DNA of 64,000 nucleotides. Source: Trichoplax adhaerens (Eukaryota; Animalia; Placozoa). Of the stretch, positions 26,156 to 38,694 are shown one piece after another; the first letter of the stretch is position 1, and the number at the start of each line of letters is the position of its first letter. The notes beneath the pieces were generated by a model that ran no database searches, was not told the origin of the DNA, and saw nothing but the letters and a program-made list of their open reading frames with translations. Location of the stretch: the NCBI RefSeq assembly GCF_000150275.1, contig NW_002060944.1, positions 7,578,735 to 7,642,734 of the forward strand. The letters run 5' to 3'. The position numbers and the translations under genes are program-made.

Positions 26156-26387
26156 CTACAGTACAGTGTACTGTACAGTCCACTAAGTACAGTGCTATTG
26201 GACAAGTGATTATAGTAGGGTGTATCATACATGCATTCAAGCGCATACAATACACCAGTTAAATAGACGACTACAAAAAACTGTATACTTGTCATTCTAC
26301 AGTACAAAGCGGCATTGTATAAAAGTACTTTAGCAAGCAACAATTTCCTTTTTCAAAGCAAAAGTGGAGACAGTCCTGAATTTCAAA

Positions 26388-29300
26388 ATGGCTAATTTCC
26401 CTTACAGCTGCGTTCGAAATAGCTTAGGAGCGTTAAATGTACTCTATATGGTAGGTTGTTTTCGACTAGAGGTTAATGATTGATGGTTGTCAACATGATG
26501 GATAGCGTAATAATGTCTCTTGCTGTTAATAAACTACCAAAAGGTGTTGATTTGAACACGATGAGTCATGGTGTCGAATGGCGACAATCATCATCAAGTG
26601 GATTGTATTCAGGGGATAACGGCTACATTAGCAAGTTTCCATCATTGACTACTATCCTTTACGTCTTCTATCTTTCAGTATGATTCTCTCACTCTTTATG
26701 CATTGATTGATGGTAGCAACGACTTGATGCGATGTCGCCAAATAGGCCATAGATAATCATCAATTAGACATCATTACTACAGTAGCGATGACATAATTGC
26801 TTTCGACGATGGAGAACATGCCGACTGTACAGTACTGGAGAAGAAATGATGAATAGGATTGTACACTAGTATTCTCTCTTCGCCATACATTCATTTTTCT
26901 CTTAGCTTTCTTCTAATGCAACATTATAGAGGTAAAAAAACAGTCTACACTTCCGTGCTAGCAGGCCACTCTTGTAGTTGACTAGACGTACAGTAGTAGT
27001 CCAATAGACTGGAGACAATCGTTTTCTGTAGGAGCGCGTAATGAGATTAGAAATGGAGAGAACACCGGCTATCGAAGAAATCGACATCCATGGATCAACG
27101 ACTAGAATTCTCTTCTCTATCGATTAATTTCTCTTTGACGGCAGCAACTACTTTTGCTAGATGTAACGCAATATACCGCAGATTATTATTTTATACAGTC
27201 AGTGTTGTAACAATTCCTGAATTGCTTTCCGTTAGGGAGAAAATGCCTAGTATCGACATCAATTTTGATAAACGGCTGTTCTTTTCTCTTCTCTAAAAAT
27301 GATGGGTTAATTTTCTCTTATTGGTAGCAACTAGACGTACTAGCGTATTCTACCGTACATTTTGTGTCTAGAGGTAGCATAGATACTGTGTCATACCGTA
27401 GCGATGAGATGGTTACTTTTGTTCTAAAGAGAATAAGAACTGTACAAGAGATCCATCCAAATGGATATAAATTGATAAATGATGTAATGATTTTTTCAAT
27501 ATTCTTTCTACAATTATATATAGATCATTGGCCTAGTCATCTTAGGCGTAGCGGGTTATGCTCGTGGTGTTGCAAAATTTACAAGCTTAGCAGCTTTAGG
27601 AGCTCTAGTCGCTGTTGGCGTCATTTTACTCCTCATCGCCATTATTGGTTTTGTTGCAGCTATTAAACACCATCAAATTTTACTTTTTATGGTATCCAAA
27701 ATCAATATTAGCGACCGCAATCGTTACGTGTCTAGTAGACATAACCTTTATACTCAGTAAATGATGAAATCTCCTACTAATGTTTTTGAAATAATCCACA
27801 ATGCACTTGATAATTTGACATTGGAAACAATTGTTTCGCTAGAAAGTACAATGCCCAATTAATATTCGTTTCATTGCTTTTTGTTTATGTGCAGGATAGC
27901 CAGTTTGTTCTTGATTTGATAAGTTATAAGTATGTTCCTAGATAATCCAACTTTTCCATAGTATCTACTGCACATTACTGTAGTAATGTAGTTTAGCCCA
28001 CTGCATAATTTCGTCAGTTTAACGACGTCGATATTGTACAGAATTACAACAAGAATCTCACTACAGCCAAGTTATTATTCTTACTTTACTGTTGACGAGA
28101 CTGGAAATGATAGCTATAAATCCTCCATGCATTTCTCATCATATGACTCTTGAATGATTTTGATACAAATTAGCCAAGTTACGTTAATTATCTTTGGAAA
28201 ATGACAGAGTCAAAATCTTACTGTAGATAACCCAATTCTGTTATTTTAGATAAGATTTTAGAAAAATCCGAGTAGTCTTGTAGAATAAAATTAACGTAAA
28301 AAGGTGAATAATAGCTGATTTGATGCTACACATATTGACCGTACCTCACTACTCAAGCTAACGGGTTAAGATATTCAAATGATCAAACAACCATTGAATA
28401 GCTTAACTTAACTTAATCACAATACAAATAAAGTACCATTAAGTTAAAAATACGTTACTATTCACTCATATTGTATAGGACTTATTGTATGCTTAGAATC
28501 AAAATAGAACTGATTTTTTGGGTAAACTTTCAAATGCTTTTACTAATTAATATTAGCAGGTACTGTAGTCGCAAGTACCTGCAAATAGTTGTAGTACACT
28601 TTTCGCACAAATCAGTTCTTCATACTTTATTGAATACCAATTGGTATCGGCCATTCTGAAATAGACGTAATTATCCACATTTGCATCTACTTGCAGATCC
28701 CCGCTTTAAAACTAGATGCGTACTCTTTTGCCTGATTGACGCCATATACAGTAATTATGCATTGAATAGGGTAGTATAGATTATGCCTAATAATTACATA
28801 AAAATCAATTCTACTGCTTTGCTATACAATAAATGGTCAATTTAGTAGGTGCAACTGATTGTACTGGTGTAGTACACAAGTGCACCTGTGTTTGGCTCAG
28901 TCAAGATGGTAGCCTTCAAAAAATGTAGGCTTTTACAGTATCATGTAAAACTATTTTCAATCTAATATTTAGTAATACAGTACACTACAGTTGGGGATAG
29001 AGTTAGTTACTTGTATTATTCTCTATAAATTGTTATTCCATCAACTCATTATCATTACCCTTGTGATCAATTAAAATCATGCTGTATACTTTTTTCCCTT
29101 AACGCTTGCTTTTGCTTACTCTCAGTACATGATCTTCATGTCATTACTGTTTATCATCGATTTCGCAATCTCCATCGCTGCATTGGCGTTGAACCAACAG
29201 CAACAGAAGGATCTGCTCAGTAAGGCTTACGATGGTCTTACCCCTGAAGACAAAACAGCGTTACACAACCGTCTCAAATGTTGTGGATTTAACAATAGCA

Positions 29301-30380
29301 CCAATATTGATTGCCCGTCTGTTAGTATTGTATTTAATTAATATTGTTAGATAAAGTGATTAACTATGGCTTAAAAATAGAAAACTTTTTAGTGATAGAT
29401 TCCAATCGTAGAGATTGGCATTATTAACTATGAACAAATTTAGTAGATACTTAAGAAATACAAATGCAATTAGTCTATAACTACAATTGGAGTTAAATAA
29501 GTCCTATCGTATAGTCTCATGATAATAGTAATGTTGTTATAAAAGTCTCTACATAGTGTTTATTTTAAAATTAAATTTATCGGTACAATGGTTGAAAAAA
29601 GTTTTTACTCTCAAATCAACCTGAAAAAATTATTGATTCCTTTTTTTTACAACATATTTGATAGAGCTGCGACAATAGCTGTAAAACATGCTATAATGTC
29701 GTTAAAGAGCCTATTGCATTAGCGCTTAAAGCCGGTGGTGGAGTCGGATTATTTTTCTCCTTTACCTTTGTAAGTAATATCACGTAATGTATCATATAAA
29801 ATAGTACTTCTAGGTATACAATGCGCTACTCTACAGTACAAGCCCTACTACGTGAAAAGTACTCTTGATAAATTCTAGATTTAATGATTTTATTTATATA
29901 GTAGTAAGCAATTGTTAGATTGAAAAGTCATTTAATCCCTTATTACAGCAATATATACTAGAAATCATATTCAATAATGCAAATATTTAACTGTAACAAT
30001 TGAATTAATTAGTTTTTCCTACCGCCGTAGCTTAACCCTAAACTCGCTTTAGAAACTTAAATTATTAAAAATTAAATTGTAATAAAATATTTAATTATCA
30101 TACTTCAATGAAATACTGTTGTTTAATAAAGTAGAAACTATATAAATTATCGACTTATGTAGCAATATACTGTAGCTATTTAATTTTTTAGAACCTGCCT
30201 ACATATTTTCCCATCCGATTATTTTTATTGAACTACATATCGAGTCTTCTAAGCTATTATCATACGTGTTATAAGTAAATTAACATAAGTTTTCAATTTA
30301 CTCTTTAGTTCCTGGCTATATATTTTGCGAGGCAATTTCGCAATTTGAAGGACCCTCGATCTAGCGACTCATTCTTGTAG
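26388..30380 (+). CDS. TSPAN13: Tetraspanin of the TSPAN13/TSPAN31 subfamily, 5 exons
   Basis: Exons 26388-26450 (MANFPYSCVRNSLGALNVLYM), 27524-27691 (..AAIKHHQILLFM), 29126-29320 (YMIFMSLLF..LKCCGFN..), 29665-29769 (..GGGVGLFFSFT) and 30309-30380 (..FRNLKDPRSSDSFL*). CCG motif and C-terminal KDPR..FL are typical of the subfamily; TSPAN13 and TSPAN31 cannot be distinguished here. Confidence 0.88.
27692..29125 (+). other. Probable U12-type (minor spliceosome) GT-AG intron
   Basis: 5' end GTATCC(AA); branch-point TTCCCTTAAC at 29094-29103, ~23 nt before CAG. Confidence 0.75.
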
Positions 30381-31968
30381 AATCGTAGTGATTGATTGGT
30401 TAATTACTTCCTATTATTTGTCATCTATATCAACTACAGCTAATAGTTTTATCGATTATATATGTAACGGATTTCAACCTCTCATTTCCAGTGATTCTAA
30501 TTTTTGGCGAAATTTCAATACCTTGTAAGGTCGTGAAATGTAAAGGTTAATAAACGAATTATGCTGTCTTTGAACTGTTCTAATATAACAGCTGAACATT
30601 TCTTACAGTAATAATCGTATTGACACACGAAATGAGTACGCCCTAATTGTGCAACTTCTACTAGTAATAAAATGTATAGAAAAAGATATTTAGTTGTGAT
30701 ATTGGTACAGTCAAGCCTATCAATAAAGCCCTAATCTCTATGAAGATTTATAGCAAACAACATCCTTGTCTTTTTAATTTTGCCTATAAAGAAGCGGTGT
30801 TAAAAAAGTACGGAACAATTTCAAAGATAGTTTTAATGGATTTCAGAAGGATACATTTGGAAGTTTATTGCCACGCATGATCCCTAGAAAAGCATATCTG
30901 CGTATGGCACCAAGTTATTTAAGACGTGCTAGATTTATCATAAGCAGTAAGCAGCCAAAAAAAGTCAAATTTTGAATAAGAAAAGAAATTTATTTCAATT
31001 ATCGTCTGTGCTGTGTTCGCGATCCATTACATTGTGCTCTGTACACTGTATACGATATCGGTTCCAACGCGATCACATAAAATCCTTGTCACTACAGCAT
31101 CTGTCTGTAATGACGTAACTCTTATAGCCATTTAGTAAAGTAAGCAATTATTGGAAATCTAAGTTAGCAGCAACAGCAGTTATTATTTTCTTGTTTACAA
31201 TTTTTAAAATGTTAAATTTTACGACATACCCGTAAGATAGTTTACGTTTCGAAATCATGTCGGCAAAGTCTTCGTACAGTAATTTGTCTAATTCGAATGA
31301 TGCTACACTTCTTGATTTAGAATTAAACAGCTTCTATAATTGTACTACAATGGCTAATTACGCTCAGAATAGCATTTTATGTTGATATTAGTCTAGACGT
31401 TGTGCCAATTCTGGAAGAAAGTTATTCGCTTTCGTATCAAAAAATCACATCAAAGAACTTCAATACCCAACATATCGCAGTTCAAGATCCATGAATAAGG
31501 AGATTACTAATAGACTGGATACATGTAACACTGGATAACTAGTATATTTGATGCGTATAACAACACTTAGTCTATGTTATATACGCGTAATTTTCGTTCA
31601 ATGACCTGAAATATTTGCAATTACAATACCGAACACATTGAGTCATTACACGCCAATCATATCTATTCAAGTGCTGGTAATGACGATAACAGCCTGAGAA
31701 CTTATTATGATTCCTCCTAGATCTAGTTCTACAATATCATATTTGCTATCAGTTCGAAAATATTCTCAAAATTCAAACAAATAATATTTAAACTTTATGT
31801 GCTAGAAGTTACGTGCTTAACCATCAAGCAATTTCTTACCAAAGTAAAGATGTTCGAAACATCATTAGCACTTTGGTACGATAAGCGCGACCGTTAAAAT
31901 TTTTCGTTAGTAGTTCTATTTAGTTACTGAGTAAACTAACTAAAGTTAATAAGTCTTGCTTTTAATGA

Positions 31969-34900
31969 TTAAAATTCATCCTTCAGTTTCAATACTTTAC
32001 CAATTGCGAGTAGTTTTACCTAATAATTAGGAAGCGCACTTGATATTAGATGTTTACCTTATAAAATTTACTAATGCCTACAATAGGATATTGAAAACTT
32101 ATTCGTGTCTATACAATGTCGCGATTTATCTTATGCACTGTATCAAAATATTTTGAATATATTACTTTACCTTCATCACGAAGTGTGAATCGACCCATTT
32201 GTGGAAATTCTTGAAAGGTTTCTAAGCATATTACGCCAGCTGTTTGAAGGCGAGCAATAACAATTTGATCTTGTTTCACAAATCTATTGAAATGGACAAT
32301 TTCTTCATGAAAAAGCTATAATCTGCGTATGAGTACTATACATATTGATATTACCTTGGCTTCCCCTTTTGTTTCTGGCCAGTTCTCCTATCAACGAGGC
32401 CAAGTAAAGCCTACAAAAAGGACACAGCAGCATCATTAGGTACACTACAATCTGATAGCGTTATTGCCACTTCCTATTCGATGACAAAAAATTACTGTGA
32501 AATTTACCACAATAGTAACTTCTTCGACACATGCGTGGATATGGAGCACTGCCATGTAACCAGCACAAATGATAGATTTGTGTTCTATAATTACAATCTG
32601 TAAAACAGGAAATAAATACTGTGATTCTAATAACAACACGATTCAACCTAGGATATGAAATATCTTGATAAAAAAGTTTACCTGTGCATCAAATGTCTTA
32701 CCAACATGACAAAGAGAATCGGCCTGGCAAAGGCAGAAGCCTGGCGATACATCCTGATTGAACAATTAAATCTTAGCTATCAAGCTGGCGTAATTTCTAT
32801 TCTCAGATACAACACGTTGACCTTATCTTACCTCTTCTTCAACTCCCTTCAGTTTAAGTTTAATATTCTGACCAGTGTACGCTTTTTGCTCTTCTTCATC
32901 ATTACGGTATATTTGTAATATTTCTACGGATGCCTGATTCATTTTGAATAATTGGTCCAAACTTTTTAATATATTCAGGTAATATCTTAGACTGTGTTAT
33001 TAATTTTAAATCATTCATTCAAAGTTAACCTTGTTCGGCATTAAGATCAATTGTGACCCCTTTGATAATTTTCCCGATTCTAATTTACCCATTACGATAG
33101 TTCCCATATCCTAAAAATTGTTGAATTTTGTTATAATTATAAGGAGCTGTAAAGGCTACTAAACGTCGACGGTGCCGTTACCTTATAGCGATCGATTACA
33201 GGAAATTTAACAGGGCCATCATCATGCCTTGAAATCGATGGTAGCTCATTCAGGTATGACAGTAAAGGGTCACCACTATTCAAAAAAGCAAAACATAATT
33301 ATGACCATATTACAAGAAATACGCTTTCTGTTACAGGTAATAATCTACCTCCACCATGTGCAAGATTGCTTATCTACAGGATCACGTAAATTAGCACCAG
33401 TAAGGCCAGAAATGGGAATAAAGTGAATATCTAATTGAATGCATTAACACACACATGAGAAAATTGAATGCTAGCTAGCATACAAAGTGTACATAGTAAA
33501 TTGAAAATATTGACTATTTACCGGATTTTTTATTAAAGCCGGCCTTTTTAAGGAAAGGTATAAGTTTCGTTTCACATTCTTCGTACCTGATTGTGATAAA
33601 ATCATATCTTCACAATGTGCAAGATATATATATATATATAACAAAATGCTATAGCTTTCACTAACCGTTGCTGCGACCATTGAACAGTTGGGTCATCCAT
33701 TTTATTAACTAAAACTATCAAATGCTTTACTCCGGCAGTTTTCGCTAACATGGCATGCTCTCTACAATACATAGTGCACAATTAATAATTAATAAATGTT
33801 AGCTAGACGAGTTTTTGCTACGACAGCCTCTTTCTGGGAGTTATTATAACGGATAATAAGTTACCGTGTTTGGCCTCCTCTTTCGAAACCAGTCTCAAAT
33901 TCGCCTTTACGAGCAGAAATTACTAATATACCAATGTCAGCTTGTGCGGCTCCACCTATCATGTTAGGAACAAAACTTTTATGTCCTGGTGCATCTAATA
34001 TAGTGAATTCTTTGTTCTCTGTTTCGAAAGTTGCTCTTCCAACTTCTACAGTTTTTCCCTATGAAAAGAATGTAAGAAAAATGACTCATACATAACTGTT
34101 GCCAAATGTACATGAAAAGAAGTAACAAAGAGATATGCGACATTCTGTATTATGTAACAGTGTGGATGGTGCGATTCACGGCAAATTACCTTTTCTCTTT
34201 CTTCTGAATTGGTATCAAGTGCCCATGATAAATACCTTATTATAATCAAGAGTAATACAATGTCAAATATCGTTCTTGGATGCTACAAAAAATATTTTTA
34301 GAAATTATAATATAATTACCAGCTTTCCCTATTTTTTTCCTTTGCCTCCTTTTCATATTTCTCCAAAGTTCTTTTATCTACTTGCCCAGTTAAGAATCTG
34401 ATACAAGATTTGGTACAAAATTTTATCTGATTGGATACCTCTATAATAAGCTTACACGGCAAGATACAGTATAAGGAGCAATAGTACTACTTTATATCCC
34501 ATAGAATATAATTAAATTGTATGAAATAGCCAGGCTTTAATGTAATTTACTAATCTAGATGCTATATTTTACACAACTTACAATAAATGCCCTCCAATTG
34601 TTGATTTGCCAGCATCTGAAAATAAGAACATTAACATTTCACATATTGAAAACAGAATAAGACTAAGCAATAAGTGATGGAAGATATCATACTATATTCA
34701 AAATTCCACCTTTTCTACTTAAATAGTACAGTCACAAAACTGAGCCTGAACTTACCGACATGGCCAATAAAAATAACATTGATATGTTCTTTTTTCGGCC
34801 CTAAGTTCACTTCAGGTTCAGGCTTTGATACCTCCTCTGTACAAATATAATGTCAGTCCTATTTATTCTAGTTTAAATGCTGTCAAATTTATGTGTAGAT

Positions 34901-37214
34901 GATTCACTGATTAGCAATGCATATATGCGACATAGTTACCCGCTGGTTTGCATTCAATTTTTTGTTCCTGGGTTTGAGGTTCTTCCTTAGCTTTATCTTG
35001 GACAATTTCTTCATTCGGTTCTGTTTGCATTACGATTAAGAATGGATGTATCTAGTTAATCATGTTACTGGTGCACATTTGATCGAATTTTAGATTGTCT
35101 ATAAAGTATCTTTAAACAATAATTATTGCAATTTGAATTGATATCCAAAAGTAATAAGCAAGACTATCTCTTTCATCGATCGAATATAAAATGCTATTAC
35201 TGATATAAGATAAATTAATGGTTGAAAATTATTTTGTTGATTGTGATCTTTGATAATTACAGCAAACAGCAGGAAGTAGTAAGGATTCGACATTTAGCTA
35301 GACAAGATTTAAGTTAATACTGTATCTTTGGACGTATTGTCATTTTATGGTATCCAATTCTCCATTCAATTATTATACCTTAGAATATGCAGCAATAGAA
35401 GATATGTCAGCAAACGTAGACTAATTTGTATAATATAGTAATTGGCATTAATGTATCGCTGGGTTATGTTTCCGATTGGCCACCAATAAAGTCCATTGCA
35501 AATATGACCTTACATCTTTATCATCTAGCATTAATTTAACCATATACAGTGACACTAACCCGTTTTGACGTCTGATGCAACAGCTTCATCGGCAACTGTG
35601 GTGGATTCAGTAGAGTTGTCTACTGCCGGTTCAGCAGCTACAGGCATTGGTTCTTTAAATAGAATTGAAAAAATGCTCATCTTAGTATTGACAAATACAG
35701 CACAAGATAGAAGCACAATGAATAATGGATAAACTACACAATCCATCAATAAACTTCCGTCAGTATTATAATGTAACTATTACTGTCCATTGGAGGCTAT
35801 ATTTACATGCAACATTGGTAGATACGTGCTCTTGTTACAATTTCATATGCCTGTTCTACATTGCATTATTGATATAAGTACAGTAGAGTATACTGCCAGG
35901 AATGATGGAGACAATAGAAGTCGGTGTACTACTGTAGTATAATATCCTAGGAACAAAACAAGTTGCATAGCATGTAAAATGGCATCATTAGAGTGTTGGT
36001 AGACTATGTGTAGTATTGTATATTCATCTTTCTATCGGACATAGAGTATACTACACTGTCTATTGGGTATATTACTATCAAGACGATTTTGATAGCACTC
36101 ATGGTTAGTTCATTTGGTTGTCCATGATGTTGGTTCATGAAAGGTCTTGCAGTAGGATCCTGCTGAGCGATAGCACGATATAGTATGTATAGTCCAAAGC
36201 AGTAGTAACTATGTATTTGTGAAGAAGGTTTGTAGCAGGTGTACAACTAGAGTAGACTAATCCTCCAATTGAATGTACCGTGTATATGGAAAGATTGAAT
36301 TCATACTTTTAGGAGGAGGAAAGATCAGACATCAAGATTGCTGCTGTCGTCCATGGCAGCGTACCAGTCCGGTACGGTATCCTACGCCTGTAAGCATCCG
36401 TACGGTACTGGATGGATGGTACCAGACGTAGAGTACAGCCAAAGGAATACTGTACTGCGTCTTTGAACCGTCAAGCCTGTGAACAGGTGCAGTACCACAT
36501 TGACAAAACACATGGGTCCGACTGAGATTGGATTGATTGGGATAACTAATACAGGCCCACTGCCTTCATTGAATGGTTTTCAATCGTTGCTTTGAAACAA
36601 TTTCCAATTGAAAAGAAATTCTTGACTAGGATGACTTGAATGCCAGTAGTAGAGCAAAGATGAATTAGGGACTACAGTGATTGGATTACTTTAAGGGATA
36701 TTTTGTTGGTGTAGCAAGGATAAAAGCAATGGACATTTTGCCATGGAGTGTCTTGTACTAGTAGCGTCACGATGGAAGTGATGGCTTTTTAGGGGGGTTC
36801 ACTTTCATTGCTTTGCAAAATGAGCGCTAACAACAAAACGTGCATATCCAGCATAAAATACATCATGTTCTGAAGCTAAGAATAGCATCCATTCTGATGT
36901 AGACTAACATTATAACGGTTGATTGTACATAAAGTCAGTTTAGCATCAAGGAATTTGGACATGATCGGGTAGTTTGTGATTGGGCAATGATTATGAATCC
37001 AAATGGGGTCATAGTACAGTAAGAGAAGTAAAATTGAATCATCCTTACCCGAAGCTTTGAGAAATGTTGGAACGAAAGGTTTAGCCTTAGGATTAGGCAC
37101 AAAAGGTCGTGCATTGACGTTGAGATTTTTGAAGGCATTGGCGGCCTGGTCACCATCATTGACAGTAGGGCCTGGATCAGCCACGGAATCCCACGAATCC
37201 GGTGGATTAGACAT
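31969..37214 (-). CDS. GSPT1: Eukaryotic peptide chain release factor 3 (eRF3), multi-exon
   Basis: PAM2 motifs [20 protein letters not shown]; G-domain [52 protein letters not shown]; C-terminal [13 protein letters not shown]...[12 protein letters not shown] (stop ends 31969). The last junction needs an alternative donor or a 1-nt correction. Confidence 0.95.
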
Positions 37215-38694
37215 TTTGGTAATTTCTAGTATAGATTGCAGTCACGGTTTTCACTACAACAATAAGAGTCGTCGCCTAACAAAGGGTATCTTAATGAAAC
37301 GGATTTGATCTCCTTTACTGATGGAATTGGAGCCCAAATGCAATCATATAGTACTTAAGACTGCTAAATGCCAACACGAAGACTGTCCACTTTTCAACGT
37401 GATCGTTGCCAGGCCTCGGTACTACTGTATGGATGTGCTTTACGGCCAATGTTCTCTCTCTCTCTCTCTCTCTCTCCTCCAGTACTGCACATGCGCCGTA
37501 TGTGCTATGGGGCTTATGGCTCGAGTGCGAGCGTCTACTGGATACGCTAGAACAGGTCTTGAGAATGACTGACTCATACCGTGTGCAATCCCTTGATGCA
37601 ACGATTGGCTCTCCTATTTGGACAAATCCATAGTAGAGTAGTCATGGAAAACAGTGCGTTATTGAGCATGCGTGTTGATCGGTAATGCAATACGCAATAA
37701 AGTACAGTCTGATCGGATCCGCTCGACTTTGCATTGACTTTTCTTATAGTCAACCGTGCGTACACTAAGTACCGTTTGAGTACAGTACCCTCTTTCATCC
37801 TATTTTGAAACCTTCAAAGAGTTGAAGATCGTTATACAAACGGATACATCCATGTGAAGTAGAGTGGTTAGAAAAAAAACTTGTTCTACCATTTCATGAC
37901 TGTTTAGTAGGCAAAGTCAACCCACAAGTTACAGTAAGAAACGGCAATGTTACGTTCGATGAAGAACGTAAGCAGCACGGAGGAAATTTTAAAATGAAAC
38001 TGAGATTGCTCAGATCGTGTCATACACCCATCTTCAACTCTTGACTAATTGTTCAGTTCAATCACAGACGTACAGTACAGTAGGCCAACAGACAGATACT
38101 ATTCCAGTCAACAGCCAGTGTTCTTCCCTCTAGTTTAGTACCAGTCAATCATTGTCAACAGTGAGCAGGTACGGGCGCAATGGGCTGATATCAGTCTCGG
38201 CTACTGTACATACTGTAGGAACTATTCAATTTGCCAAGAAATTTCCTAGTCCATAACGGTGCTGTACAGCGGAGTGGGACTACTCCAAAAAGGAAAACAT
38301 TCCTGTAGCAGACTGCTGGTAGTCAGTCTATGGCTATACTGCACATTGTACAAGCGTACAGTGTACAGTGTACCGTATCTACTCAAGCTTTACAGTACAA
38401 TACACTGTACTGTATTGTACTGCATTACGGTGCATGTATCGCGTACAGTACGAGTTCGGTTCAATACCTTGATGTTGTGTATGAGTTGTACAGTACAGTA
38501 CTATACTGTCAGATCAATTTTATACTGTGTACTGTAGACTAGAAATTTTTTCCCTCCAGTACAAGTACAGTACAGGTCCAGCTGAACAACAAATTCATTG
38601 ACCAAGCCAAGCTCAAAGCCATTTTTTTCTCTCTTCACCATTGGAATATTACACTTTCAATTTTCATTGATTAATCCACTTTACAGCATTCAGG
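37215..38694. promoter_or_regulatory. Divergent (head-to-head) promoter region between eRF3 and WIPI, with (CT)n tract and TACWG clusters
   Basis: ATGs at 37214 (-) and 38695 (+) face away from each other; (CT)n at 37453-37476; dense GTACAGTAC/GTACTGTAC at 38070-38575. Confidence 0.65.

Noticed and set aside
30780-31400. Short open frames between the tetraspanin and eRF3 3' ends
   Set aside because: No recognisable homology or splice structure; most likely convergent 3' UTRs.
37057-37798. Overlapping short ORFs around the eRF3 start
   Set aside because: Antisense shadows of eRF3 exon 1 or promoter sequence containing a (CT)n tract.
38259-38542. ORFs rich in Y/C/T/V/L (also 468-730 and 47799-48044)
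   Set aside because: They are translations of TACWG repeats and have no protein-like features.
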